A stretch of DNA of 32,000 nt from Stenotrophomonas phage Marzo. The stretch lies in sequence record MZ326868.1; one strand, given 5' to 3'. The translations under genes and the position numbers were made by a program. Position 1 is the stretch's first letter. The number at the start of each line of letters is the position of its first letter. Below are positions 1-8,648 of the stretch, piece after piece. The notes under the pieces were generated by a model that ran no database searches, was not told the DNA's origin, and saw only the letters and a list, made by a program, of their open reading frames with translations.

Positions 1-1671
1 AACATGTGGACGGAGATCTATCTGGATCGCAATCCGTCCACCATGATCCTTGGCACGAACGGCGCAGGCAAATCGACATTCACGGACGTGCTAATGTTCG
101 GTATGTTCGGCAAGCCATTCCGCAAGATCAAGAAGGGACAGTTGATCAACACCAAGAACGGCAGAGATGCCGTGGTCGAGATCTACTTCGACTGTGATGG
201 TGACGAGTACCTGATCAGACGAGGCATGAAGCCGGACATCTTTGAGGTCATCAAGAACGGCGAGCTGCTCAACCAAGAGGCATCCAGCCGAGACTATCAG
301 AAGATCCTGGAGAACACGATCCTCAAGATGGACTACGAGTCGGCTTGTCAGATCGTGTGCGTCGGCAAGGCACAGCACCAGCCGTTCATGCAGCTGGACA
401 GTTCCAAGAGACGCAAGTTCGTTGAGGTGATCCTCAATCTGGTTGTTTTCTCGAACATGTCGAAGTTGCACTACAATCAGACATACGAGATCAAGAACAA
501 ACTGCAAGACCTTCGCTCCGCGGTTACGGTGTCGAAGGAGAAGGTCAAGATCCGCCAGCGATACATTGACGATCTGGAGTCCGCGGATCGCCAGAATCAG
601 ATGGAAGAGCTGGAGCGAATCGAGGTTCAGCTGGTCAAGCTCCGAGGTCAGATTGACGAGATCAATAGGCGTCGGACCGAACTGGGCGAAGCGAACCCGA
701 TTGACGACAAGGCGATGGAGAAAGCCAAGTCGGACCTTCAGCAGCACATCCGCTTGCTCACGCAGATGGACACGAAGATTGGAGAGATCAGCAAGCAGCT
801 CAAGTCTCTGAACGAGAACACCAACTGCTACGCTTGTCATCAGCCGCTTGACCCGATCAAGATTGACAGCCAGAAGGATGAGCTGCAGGCAAAGTCGATC
901 CAGCTGGAAGGTGCCAAGACTGACCTATCCGAGCAGATTAAGAAACTGGAACGAATTGTCGATGACTTCCAGCGTGAGTATCAGGTATACTACGAACATA
1001 GATCGAAGCTGTCCGACTTGGACTCAGAGGCACGCTCGATCCGGAATCGTATTGCAGACCTGGAGGAAGAGAAGTCACGTGAGCGTACAAGCAACGCTGA
1101 GAAGATCCAGGAAGCAAAGGCAGAGCTGGCGGGGATGGAAGACATCTACATCCGACTTGCCGACAAGCTCCAAGAGGTACAGGAACGCGCCGACTACTTG
1201 CAGGTGATTGGAACCATCCTGCAGGACAAGGGCATCAAGTCAATGATGATCAAGCGTTTCGTTCCGATCATCAACGCGACAGTCAACAAGCACCTCGCCC
1301 ACCTTGGGCTATTCGCCAAGTTCAGTCTTGACGAGAACTTTGACGAGACCATCCAGTCGCGTGGATTCGACACTCTCGGTTACAACAGCTTCAGCGAAGG
1401 TGAGAAGCTGCGAATGGATATGGCTCTGCTGATGGCATGGCGTGATATCGCCAAGATGCAGGGTAACGTATCAACCAATCTCCTTGTCTTTGACGAGGTG
1501 TTTGACTCCAGCCTTGATGGAAACGGGGCTGAGGCGCTTGCAGAGATGCTGACACAGATGGAAGGCCTGAACGTGTTCATCATCACTCACGCGCCAGAGA
1601 AGATCATGGATAAGGTCCGATCAGTGATTCGGATTGATCGAGTAGACGGATACAGCAAGTTGGTTTCTTGA
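1..1671 (+). CDS. 46: Recombination endonuclease subunit gp46 (SbcC/Rad50-like ATPase), 5' end outside window
   Basis: Walker A GTNGAGKST near the N-terminus, 'LFGKPFR.xKKGQLIN' like T4 gp46, coiled coils around a CYAC zinc hook, C-terminal 'LLVFDEVFDSSLD' Walker B. The ORF is open at the window edge, so the annotated ATG at 4 is probably internal. Confidence 0.93.
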   Translation, partial: NMWTEIYLDRNPSTMILGTNGAGKSTFTDVLMFGMFGKPFRKIKKGQLINTKNGRDAVVEIYFDCDGDEYLIRRGMKPDIFEVIKNGELLNQEASSRDYQKILENTILKMDYESACQIVCVGKAQHQPFMQLDSSKRRKFVEVILNLVVFSNMSKLHYNQTYEIKNKLQDLRSAVTVSKEKVKIRQRYIDDLESADRQNQMEELERIEVQLVKLRGQIDEINRRRTELGEANPIDDKAMEKAKSDLQQHIRLLTQMDTKIGEISKQLKSLNENTNCYACHQPLDPIKIDSQKDELQAKSIQLEGAKTDLSEQIKKLERIVDDFQREYQVYYEHRSKLSDLDSEARSIRNRIADLEEEKSRERTSNAEKIQEAKAELAGMEDIYIRLADKLQEVQERADYLQVIGTILQDKGIKSMMIKRFVPIINATVNKHLAHLGLFAKFSLDENFDETIQSRGFDTLGYNSFSEGEKLRMDMALLMAWRDIAKMQGNVSTNLLVFDEVFDSSLDGNGAEALAEMLTQMEGLNVFIITHAPEKIMDKVRSVIRIDRVDGYSKLVS

Positions 1672-1712
1672 CACAGTATCTAGATTCCCTTGGGTTATGA
1701 GCCCAACACCAT

Positions 1713-1718
1713 TACAAT
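1713..1718 (+). promoter_or_regulatory. sigma70-like promoter candidate for the sliding clamp operon (TTGGGT 1690-1695, 17 bp spacer, TACAAT 1713-1718)
   Basis: Hexamers with exact 17 bp spacing in the intergenic gap, about 27 nt before the start codon. Confidence 0.5.
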
Positions 1719-1744
1719 CATTGTTCGTTAAACAGGAGTACATA

Positions 1745-2398
1745 ATGCTTCAGAATGCAACCATCGAAACCCTCGAGAACTTCGCGTCGATCAACAAGGG
1801 TCTCGTTTTCAAGCCGGGTAATCGCCTGCGCACCGTCTCGATCCTGAAGAACGTGTTCGCAGTTGCCGAGGTGCCCGACACCTTTGACCGTGAGTTTGCG
1901 ATCTACGATCTGAACGAGTTCCTGGCGGTGCTGAGCCTGCTGAACAAGCCGGCGCTGGACTTCAAGGAAGAGTACGTGCTGATCACCGACGGCAAGTCGA
2001 AGATCAAGTACTTCTACTCGAGCCCGGCAGTCGTGCAGGCACCGCCGGATAAGGACATTGTCCTGACCGATCCGGAACTGACCTTGACCCTGACCAAGGA
2101 TGACCTGACCCGCATCAGCAAGGCATCGGCAGCATTGAAGCTGACCGTCCTGAGCCTGTCGCAGGGTAAGGTGGTCGCCGCTGATCCGACCGCTTCGAGC
2201 AAGGACGGCAGCAACAGCCTGAACATCGAAGTCGAGACCTCGGGCGAAAGCGACAACGTGCGCGCCATCAAGATCGAGAACATGAAGATGATTCCGGGCG
2301 ACTACTCGGTATCGGTGTTCGAGCGCGCTGTGGAGTTCCGCAACAAGGATCGCGAGAACCTGGTCTACATCGTCGCAGTCGAACAGGAGAAGAAGTAA
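1745..2398 (+). CDS. 45: DNA polymerase sliding clamp gp45
   Basis: Position between gp46 and the clamp loader, size about 217 aa, N-terminus MLQNATIETLENFASINKGLVFKPG. ATG at 1745 preceded by AGGAG; the track start at 1697 is an upstream extension. Confidence 0.88.
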   Translation: MLQNATIETLENFASINKGLVFKPGNRLRTVSILKNVFAVAEVPDTFDREFAIYDLNEFLAVLSLLNKPALDFKEEYVLITDGKSKIKYFYSSPAVVQAPPDKDIVLTDPELTLTLTKDDLTRISKASAALKLTVLSLSQGKVVAADPTASSKDGSNSLNIEVETSGESDNVRAIKIENMKMIPGDYSVSVFERAVEFRNKDRENLVYIVAVEQEKK

Positions 2399-2862
2399 TG
2401 AGCGGAACCGAACGTCAAGAAGCGTTCGCTGAAGTGGCTAACATGGCCTTTGGGGCCATGTTGGACTTTATCGACTCAGACAAGGGCAAGTATCAGCTGG
2501 CAACCTTGGGACGCGCCAAGTTCGTCCAGGAGTTCGCGACCTTGCGCCTGAACATGGGTCGCCAGACCGGCAAGACCCGCTGGCTGGTCGAATCGGCAGC
2601 TCGCTCGGACGTGATCCTGGTCGGTAATGAAGCGCAGGCGCGTGAACTGATTCATCGTTTCAAGGAACTGGATCGTGCGGTGCCGTATGTCATCCCAGCC
2701 GAGCATGTCGTGAACGTGTTCAAGGGTGTTCGCTGGCTCGACAAGATCGGCGAGACCATCTGGGTGGATGACGCTTCGTATCTGGACCAGGCGAAGCTAA
2801 ACAATGCGATCAACGAGATTGCGATCCACATCAAGCCGGACCACATCGTTTTCCTGGGCTAA
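2398..2862 (+). CDS. Small P-loop ATPase-like protein with terminase-like Walker A (NMGRQTGKT) and Walker B-like (ETIWVDDASYL)
   Basis: ORF overlaps gp45 stop (TAATG); GRQTGKT resembles the [S/G]RQxGKT Walker A of large terminases; acidic WVDD segment follows. Confidence 0.6.
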   Translation: MSGTERQEAFAEVANMAFGAMLDFIDSDKGKYQLATLGRAKFVQEFATLRLNMGRQTGKTRWLVESAARSDVILVGNEAQARELIHRFKELDRAVPYVIPAEHVVNVFKGVRWLDKIGETIWVDDASYLDQAKLNNAINEIAIHIKPDHIVFLG

Positions 2863-2878
2863 GCAATAGGAGTTTGTA

Positions 2879-3817
2879 ATGAGTACTGAACAGTATCTGT
2901 GGAATGAAGCCTTCCGTCCTCACAAGGTGGCAGATTGTATTCTGCCACCGGAGATGAAAAAGTACTTCCAGCAACTGGTGGACGCCAAGAATCTGGATCA
3001 CATGACTCTGGTCGGTGGTCCGGGTACTGGCAAGACGACCGTTGCTCGGGCGATGTGTGAAGAGCTGGACATTGACTACATCGTCATCAACGCATCGGAA
3101 GAAGGCAACATTGACACAGTGCGAACCAAGGTGCGTCAGTTCGCGTCCACGGTTTCACTGATGGACGGACACAAGGCGATCATCCTGGACGAGGCGGATT
3201 ACCTCACCCCGACAGCACAGGCGGCACTCCGCGGTGCGATTGAAGAGTTCAGCGCCAACTGCCGTTTCATCTTCACCGGCAACTACGCCAACAAGATCAT
3301 CGACGCGATCAAGTCGCGAGCTCCGGTCGTGGAGTTCAAGATCGACAAGTCGGATCGACAGCAGCTGATGATCCAGTTCCTGACCCGTGTTGAGGAAGTC
3401 CTGAAAGAGAAGGGCATCCTGTATTCGGTGGAAGAGCTGGTTCAGGTCGTCAAGAAGAACTTCCCGGATTACCGCAAGACGTGGAACCTGCTGCAGCGGT
3501 ATTGCGCGACCGGCGAGTTGAAGATCAACAGCCAGCAGGGTATCACCGAAGCGACGCTGAAGGAGCTGACCACGCTGCTGAAGGAAAGCAACTTCACCGA
3601 GATGCGGAAGTGGATTGTCGACAACCTTGACAATGACGGTGCTGCGCTGCGACGTGCGATCTACGATAAGGTCAGCCTTGAGATGAAGAAGGCGAGCATT
3701 CCCAATCTGGTCCTGATCCTTGCGGAGTATGATTACAAGGAAGCATTCGTGGTTGACAAAGAGATCAACATGGTGGCCTGCTTGACGACCATCATGACGG
3801 AATGCAACTTCGAGTAA
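2879..3817 (+). CDS. 44: Clamp loader large subunit gp44 (AAA+ ATPase)
   Basis: GGPGTGKTTVARAM Walker A, 'IILDEADYLTPTAQAALR' Walker B, RFC-like layout, RBS upstream. Confidence 0.95.
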   Translation: MSTEQYLWNEAFRPHKVADCILPPEMKKYFQQLVDAKNLDHMTLVGGPGTGKTTVARAMCEELDIDYIVINASEEGNIDTVRTKVRQFASTVSLMDGHKAIILDEADYLTPTAQAALRGAIEEFSANCRFIFTGNYANKIIDAIKSRAPVVEFKIDKSDRQQLMIQFLTRVEEVLKEKGILYSVEELVQVVKKNFPDYRKTWNLLQRYCATGELKINSQQGITEATLKELTTLLKESNFTEMRKWIVDNLDNDGAALRRAIYDKVSLEMKKASIPNLVLILAEYDYKEAFVVDKEINMVACLTTIMTECNFE

Positions 3818-3837
3818 TTACAAGTGAGGGATTGGTT

Positions 3838-4227
3838 ATGGCAGAGAAATTGTCGCCTTTTGAGATCACAGGGAACCTGAACGAGAAGAAGGGTCACCTG
3901 GATGTCAGCGAAGTCGGTTATGATGCGTTTGTCATCAATCGCGTGATGTCTAACACCATTGACACGGTGCTGTTTGCCAACGAGATGAATCGTTGCTGGG
4001 GCGCTGACAAGCAATGGCAATATGACTTCTACTACTACGGTCTTCCGAAGAAGAAGCGCTACGGGAAGTGGCACAAGCTGACCGAAGAGAAGGACGCGAT
4101 CAAACTCATTCAAGCCCGGTTCGGATACAGCCACAACAAGGCTAAGGATGTACTTGACATCCTCCGACCACACCTCCCTCAGATCGAACAAGAACTGAAA
4201 ACAGGTGGACGCAATGGAAAGAAGTGA
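3838..4227 (+). CDS. 62: Clamp loader small subunit gp62
   Basis: 'YYGLPKKKRYGKWHKL' resembles T4 gp62 'VPRGKRYGKWAKL'; located directly after gp44; ATG 3838 has GTGAGGG upstream. Confidence 0.88.
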   Translation: MAEKLSPFEITGNLNEKKGHLDVSEVGYDAFVINRVMSNTIDTVLFANEMNRCWGADKQWQYDFYYYGLPKKKRYGKWHKLTEEKDAIKLIQARFGYSHNKAKDVLDILRPHLPQIEQELKTGGRNGKK

Positions 4228-4231
4228 TGTG

Positions 4232-4633
4232 ATGGATGAGTTTTTCGAGATCGAGGCCTTGGACCGGGACCAGTTCCTGAAGGTTCGCGAGACCTTGACT
4301 CGGATCGGTATCAGCACCAAGCGAACCGATGAAAATGGCAAGCAGACCTTGTGGCAGACATGCCACGTTCTGCATAAGCGTGGACGGTACTACATTTGCC
4401 ACTTCAAGCAAATGTTCCTGCTGGACGGTCGCACCAAGTCGACAGACTTCACTGATGAAGACTACGACCGGACCGAGTACATCGTGGCGCTGCTGCAGGA
4501 TTGGGGTCTGGTAAAGGCTCTTGATGAAGTGATCAAGCCACCGACCAATGTCATGGTGGTCAAGCACTCCGACAAGGGGAATTGGAATCTGAGATGCAAG
4601 TACACAATTGGAGCTAACAATGGCAAAGCGTAA
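4232..4633 (+). CDS. regA: RegA translational repressor
   Basis: 'DQFLKVRETLTRIGI...QTCHVLHKRGRYYICHFKQMFLLDGR...LLQDWGLV...KYTIG' matches the T4 RegA pattern. Start could also be 4214 or 4205. Confidence 0.93.
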   Translation: MDEFFEIEALDRDQFLKVRETLTRIGISTKRTDENGKQTLWQTCHVLHKRGRYYICHFKQMFLLDGRTKSTDFTDEDYDRTEYIVALLQDWGLVKALDEVIKPPTNVMVVKHSDKGNWNLRCKYTIGANNGKA

Positions 4634-5243
4634 GACTGAAGAGAACACCGTCGTAGATCAGAAGGGTCCGGATCTGGGCGAACTGGTAATGAAGAGCCCA
4701 GCTGAAATCCTGCCCGGCGAATCGCCCGTGACCCTGGGTTTCCTGACCGAAGGTGATGCGCCGGTTCCGACCTACGCATCGACTGAAGCATCCGGTATGG
4801 ATCTGGCGGCGTATCTGGTCGAGGGTGGCACGGTTCGCGTTCATGACAGTGCCAACAACGAAACCCAGCGAGCCATCCGCGGACTGAATGGCGAAGCCCG
4901 TCATGTCCTGCTGGAACCGTTTGACCGTGCACTGATCCCGACCGGTGTCAAGGCACAGATCCCGCACGGTTATGCGCTGGCGATTCGTCCGCGTTCCGGA
5001 ACCAGTTTCAAGAAGGGTTTGGGCCTGACCAATTCGGTTGCGACCATCGACAGCGATTACACGGGTGAGCTGTTCGTCAGCATCATCAACCTGTCGGGTG
5101 CGCGTGTCAAGATCGAAGACGGTGAGCGTATCGCTCAGATCCTGGTCGAGAAGGTGTATCGCTTGGACGTGACCAAGCTGGAAGCGATCACCAAGGAGAC
5201 CGAGCGCGGCGAGGGTGGTTTCGGTTCGACTGGCACGAAGTGA
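4620..5243 (+). CDS. dut: dUTP diphosphatase (trimeric dUTPase)
   Basis: Motifs ASGMDLAAYL, PRSGTSFKKGLGLTNSVATIDSDYTGEL, GERIAQILVE and C-terminal RGEGGFGSTG. Confidence 0.93.
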   Translation: MAKRKTEENTVVDQKGPDLGELVMKSPAEILPGESPVTLGFLTEGDAPVPTYASTEASGMDLAAYLVEGGTVRVHDSANNETQRAIRGLNGEARHVLLEPFDRALIPTGVKAQIPHGYALAIRPRSGTSFKKGLGLTNSVATIDSDYTGELFVSIINLSGARVKIEDGERIAQILVEKVYRLDVTKLEAITKETERGEGGFGSTGTK

Positions 5244-5254
5244 GGGAGTAGTAC

Positions 5255-5521
5255 ATGATCAAGATTGCATTCACGTCTCAGGGTCAGATCATTGGCGATT
5301 GGGAAGAGCTGGAAGATGCTCTGGAGGTCGAGAACCCGGCGATCATCAACGTGACACCGCAAGGCGTCCAGTTGGTTCCGTTGCTGATCATCACTGAGTC
5401 GAATCGCATTCAGGTGAACTACACAGACATCCTGGGTGGCGCGCTAGTCGAGCCGGTTCCCCAGATGCGGAACGTGTACAACGAGCAGTTCGGTAGCGGC
5501 ATTCAGCTGCTGACCAAGTAA
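5255..5521 (+). CDS. Hypothetical protein, 88 aa
   Basis: ORF following dut with short spacing, before a strong hairpin. Confidence 0.65.
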   Translation: MIKIAFTSQGQIIGDWEELEDALEVENPAIINVTPQGVQLVPLLIITESNRIQVNYTDILGGALVEPVPQMRNVYNEQFGSGIQLLTK

Positions 5522-5531
5522 GGGGCAAAAG

Positions 5532-5554
5532 AGAGCCGGGATCAACCCGGCTCT
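5532..5554. terminator. Bidirectional hairpin terminator between convergent genes
   Basis: AGAGCCGGG-ATCAA-CCCGGCTCT, perfect 9 bp stem, 5 nt loop. A T-run follows on the minus strand (CTCTTTTGCC). Confidence 0.75.
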
Positions 5555-5925
5555 TGCCTTGTGACTGCGGACTCTGATCCGCCATATTTTGATGCGATGA
5601 AACTTGTTAGTACTTGCGCTGATGCTACTACTGCTAGGTAGATCAGCCAGATGAACTCCAATCCAGCGGAGCCTGGAGCGGCTGCATTGATTCCGAGGAA
5701 CGCCACAGTGGCTACAAAGTATGCGATTGACGACCAGAACTTGTTCGGCGAGACCTTACCGTCCGTCCCGAGGAAGAGCGTAGTTAGATCTACTTTCGTC
5801 AAAGCTTTGAATAAGAAGCCGGCAAGTATTAACATAAAGACTGCGGAGAACAATGTCCCGGCTACCGGGATCAGGTTCTCTAGAAGCAGTCTTAGCAGCT
5901 CTACTGATTGAGAAGGAGATGGCAT
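5542..5925 (-). CDS. Small integral membrane protein, holin-like candidate
   Basis: Minus-strand ORF with at least two strongly hydrophobic segments (TLFSAVFMLILAGFLFKAL, FVATVAFLG...LEFIWLIYLAVVASAQVLTSFIA) and ordered polar linker 'GTDGKVSPNKFWSS'. Exact start uncertain because no clear RBS. Confidence 0.65.
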   Translation of the reverse strand: MPSPSQSVELLRLLLENLIPVAGTLFSAVFMLILAGFLFKALTKVDLTTLFLGTDGKVSPNKFWSSIAYFVATVAFLGINAAAPGSAGLEFIWLIYLAVVASAQVLTSFIASKYGGSESAVTRQEPG

Positions 5926-8605
5926 GTTTTACACGTTCTGTGAGAAAGTAGGGAGCAGAATCTATCACCGGTACGTGACAGCCGATGGTGAGAGAAAGCA
6001 AGAAGTGGTATCTGAAGTGCCTCTGGAACTATTTATGAAGTCCCGTGACGGTGAGGTCCGCTCGCTGTATGGCGACCGTCTGAAGAGGTTCCAGTTCAAC
6101 AGCATCAGCGAAGCCGCAGACTTCGAGAAGCGCATGGAGGGAGTCGAGCCGATCTTCGGACAGACTGACCCAGTCCAGCAGTTCATCTCACAGAAGTACA
6201 AGGGCAAGATCAAGTTTGACTTCAACAAGTTCCGCATCCTCAACTTCGACATTGAAGTCCGGACTGACGGCTACGATGATGAAGACGAGGCGCAAGTCCG
6301 TCGCGTGTTCTCGAATGAAGCCGAGACCTGGACTGTCGGCGAGATTCGCAACTACGATGGTGCAGCGCAGTATGAAGTCTATGACCTCATGCACGATCGC
6401 TGGTATCCGATTGAGAGCTGTCCTCAGTTGATGGTCGGTGGCTTCCCGGAAGCGGATGAAGCGAAGTACGAGATCACGTCCATTGCGTTGAAGATGTTCG
6501 GTAAGGACAAGAAGATCACCCTAGGTCAGAAGGACTATCAGCCGAAGGACAAGAACCAGATCTATACGCGATTCAACAGCGAGGCTGAACTGCTGCTGGA
6601 GTTCGTGAACATCGTGCGTATGCTGGACCCGGACATCCTGACCGGTTGGAACATCGAAGAATTCGACATTCCGTATGTCGTTCATCGTCTGCAGAAGCTG
6701 CATGGTGAAGAGACGGCGAATCGCCTCAGCCCGTTCCACAAGGACACGAAGAAGTGCCTGCAGCATTACATCGCTGACAAGGACAACGATATGCCGTCGT
6801 ATCGCATCCTGGGTGTGACGGTTCTGGACGGTCTCAAGCTGTTCAAGAAGTTCGTGCTCCGCAAGTATGAGAGCTATCGACTGGACTACATCGGTGAGTC
6901 GGTGGTCAAGGAGCGCAAGATCGACTACAGCGAGTACAACAACGATCTGAACAAGCTGTATATGATGGACTTCGACAAGTTCATCGCATACAACGAGAAG
7001 GACGTTGAGCTGGTCGAGAAGATCGACAAGAACAAGCAGTTGATCCGACTTGCGATCACCATGATCATGATGACCAAGTCCAAGTACCGAGACGTCATGG
7101 GTAAGGTCAAGTTGTGGGACAACCTGATCTACAACATGCTCTTGGAAGACAACATCGTGATCCCTCCGGCGGTTCGTCGCAGATCGGAAGGTAAGATCAT
7201 CGGTGCGTGGGTGAAAGACCCGGTGGCAGGTAAGTACCGATACGTTGTGTCACTCGACTTGACATCGCTGTATCCTTCGATCTGTATGATGTACAACATG
7301 TCGCCAGAAACCCTGGTCCGTGAGGAGATGGGAACCCTTGACTATGTGACACGTTTGGTCGGCGGTGAGGATCTTGCGGTTGACATGAAGGCGAAGGGCT
7401 ATTGCATGGCGGCGAACGGTTCGGCTTACAGGCTGGACATTGTCGGCGTGCTACCTCGCGGAATGCGATACGTCTTCGACACGCGTCAAGACTACAAGAA
7501 GAAGATGAAGGACGTCAAGCAGAAGCGAGAGGACGTTCTGGCTGCCGGTGGCAAGAACACAGACCCGGAATACATCGAGTGGGATGAACTGGTGTCGGAG
7601 TTCAACGCGGCTCAGGAAGCAATGAAGGTGCTGGCAAACTCCGGTTACGGCGTGACGGCGCAGGACAGCTTCCGGTACTACAACCGCAGCATTGCCCAGG
7701 GTATCACCTTGACGGGTCAGGTGACCATTCAGACGGTGGTGCTCAAGACGAACGAGTACCTCAACAAGCGATTCGGGACAACTCGAGATTACGTCATCAC
7801 AGCGGATACGGACTCAATGTATCTGGCTCTGGAGAACGTGCCGACGAATGCAACCGATGCAGCCGCCGCAATTGAAGAGCTTGACCAGTTTGTCGAGAAG
7901 GAGCTTCAGCCGTTCATCGATCAGACCTTCCGTGAGCTGTCGGATCGGATGGGATGCCCGAAGAACATGATGGACATGAAGCGCGAAGCACTCTCGGACG
8001 TCGGCATCTGGCGTGCCAAGAAGAACTACGTGCTGCGCGTTTGGGACATGGAAGGCGTCCGGTACGCGGAACCGGAAATGAAGATGATGGGTATCGAGAC
8101 CGCCAAGAGCTCGACACCGATGATCGTCCGCAAGGAGCTGGAAGAGTGTCTGAAGATCATGTGCTCCGGCACCGAGAAAGAACTTCAAGATGAGCTTGCC
8201 CGGTTCAAGAAGGTCTATTACAATAGTGGAATCGAGGAGATTGCCAAGCCGCTCGGTGTCTCGGACCTGACCAGCTATTCACTCAATGACAAGCGAATCC
8301 CGTATCAGAGCAAGGCAGCGATCCTGCACAACAAACTGATCCAAGAGAAGGGGCTGAGCAAGACCGTCGAGCGAATCAGAAACGGAAACAAGGTGAAGCT
8401 GATCCTGTTGAAGGAGCGTAACCCGCTCCGGAACAAGTACATTGCCTTCATCGGTGAGTTGCCGAAGGAGTTTGGTCTGGACGAGTATGTGGATTATGAT
8501 GGTCAGTATGAATCGACCTTCATGAGTCCGGTGAAGTCGTTCACCGATTTGATCGGTTGGAAGACAGAACAGATCTCGAGCTTGGAAGATCTTTTCGGTT
8601 GGTAA
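5924..8605 (+). CDS. 43: DNA polymerase gp43 (family B)
   Basis: 3'-5' exo motif 'NFDIEVRTDG', 'DILTGWNIEEFDIPYVVHR', 'VSLDLTSLYPSICMMYNMSPET', 'KVLANSGYGV', 'ITADTDSMYL'; RBS GAAGGAG. Confidence 0.98.
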   Translation: MFYTFCEKVGSRIYHRYVTADGERKQEVVSEVPLELFMKSRDGEVRSLYGDRLKRFQFNSISEAADFEKRMEGVEPIFGQTDPVQQFISQKYKGKIKFDFNKFRILNFDIEVRTDGYDDEDEAQVRRVFSNEAETWTVGEIRNYDGAAQYEVYDLMHDRWYPIESCPQLMVGGFPEADEAKYEITSIALKMFGKDKKITLGQKDYQPKDKNQIYTRFNSEAELLLEFVNIVRMLDPDILTGWNIEEFDIPYVVHRLQKLHGEETANRLSPFHKDTKKCLQHYIADKDNDMPSYRILGVTVLDGLKLFKKFVLRKYESYRLDYIGESVVKERKIDYSEYNNDLNKLYMMDFDKFIAYNEKDVELVEKIDKNKQLIRLAITMIMMTKSKYRDVMGKVKLWDNLIYNMLLEDNIVIPPAVRRRSEGKIIGAWVKDPVAGKYRYVVSLDLTSLYPSICMMYNMSPETLVREEMGTLDYVTRLVGGEDLAVDMKAKGYCMAANGSAYRLDIVGVLPRGMRYVFDTRQDYKKKMKDVKQKREDVLAAGGKNTDPEYIEWDELVSEFNAAQEAMKVLANSGYGVTAQDSFRYYNRSIAQGITLTGQVTIQTVVLKTNEYLNKRFGTTRDYVITADTDSMYLALENVPTNATDAAAAIEELDQFVEKELQPFIDQTFRELSDRMGCPKNMMDMKREALSDVGIWRAKKNYVLRVWDMEGVRYAEPEMKMMGIETAKSSTPMIVRKELEECLKIMCSGTEKELQDELARFKKVYYNSGIEEIAKPLGVSDLTSYSLNDKRIPYQSKAAILHNKLIQEKGLSKTVERIRNGNKVKLILLKERNPLRNKYIAFIGELPKEFGLDEYVDYDGQYESTFMSPVKSFTDLIGWKTEQISSLEDLFGW
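6030..6037 (-). promoter_or_regulatory. T4-late-like -10 element candidate (CATAAATA)
   Basis: 7/8 match to TATAAATA on the minus strand, about 105 nt upstream of the minus-strand membrane-protein gene. Confidence 0.3.
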
Positions 8606-8609
8606 GTAC

Positions 8610-8632
8610 AGTGCGGAGACAACCTCCGCACT
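8610..8632 (+). terminator. Hairpin in the gp43-uvsX gap (terminator/attenuator or translational element)
   Basis: AGTGCGGAG-ACAAC-CTCCGCACT perfect 9 bp stem, 5 nt loop, no downstream T-run on the + strand. Confidence 0.5.
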
Positions 8633-8648
8633 AAAATCTGGAGCTAAA

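Noticed and set aside
1690-1706. TTGGG/CCCAA inverted repeat after gp46 as a terminator
   Set aside because: Only 5 bp stem with a 7 nt loop and no T-run; it overlaps the promoter -35 region, so not called.
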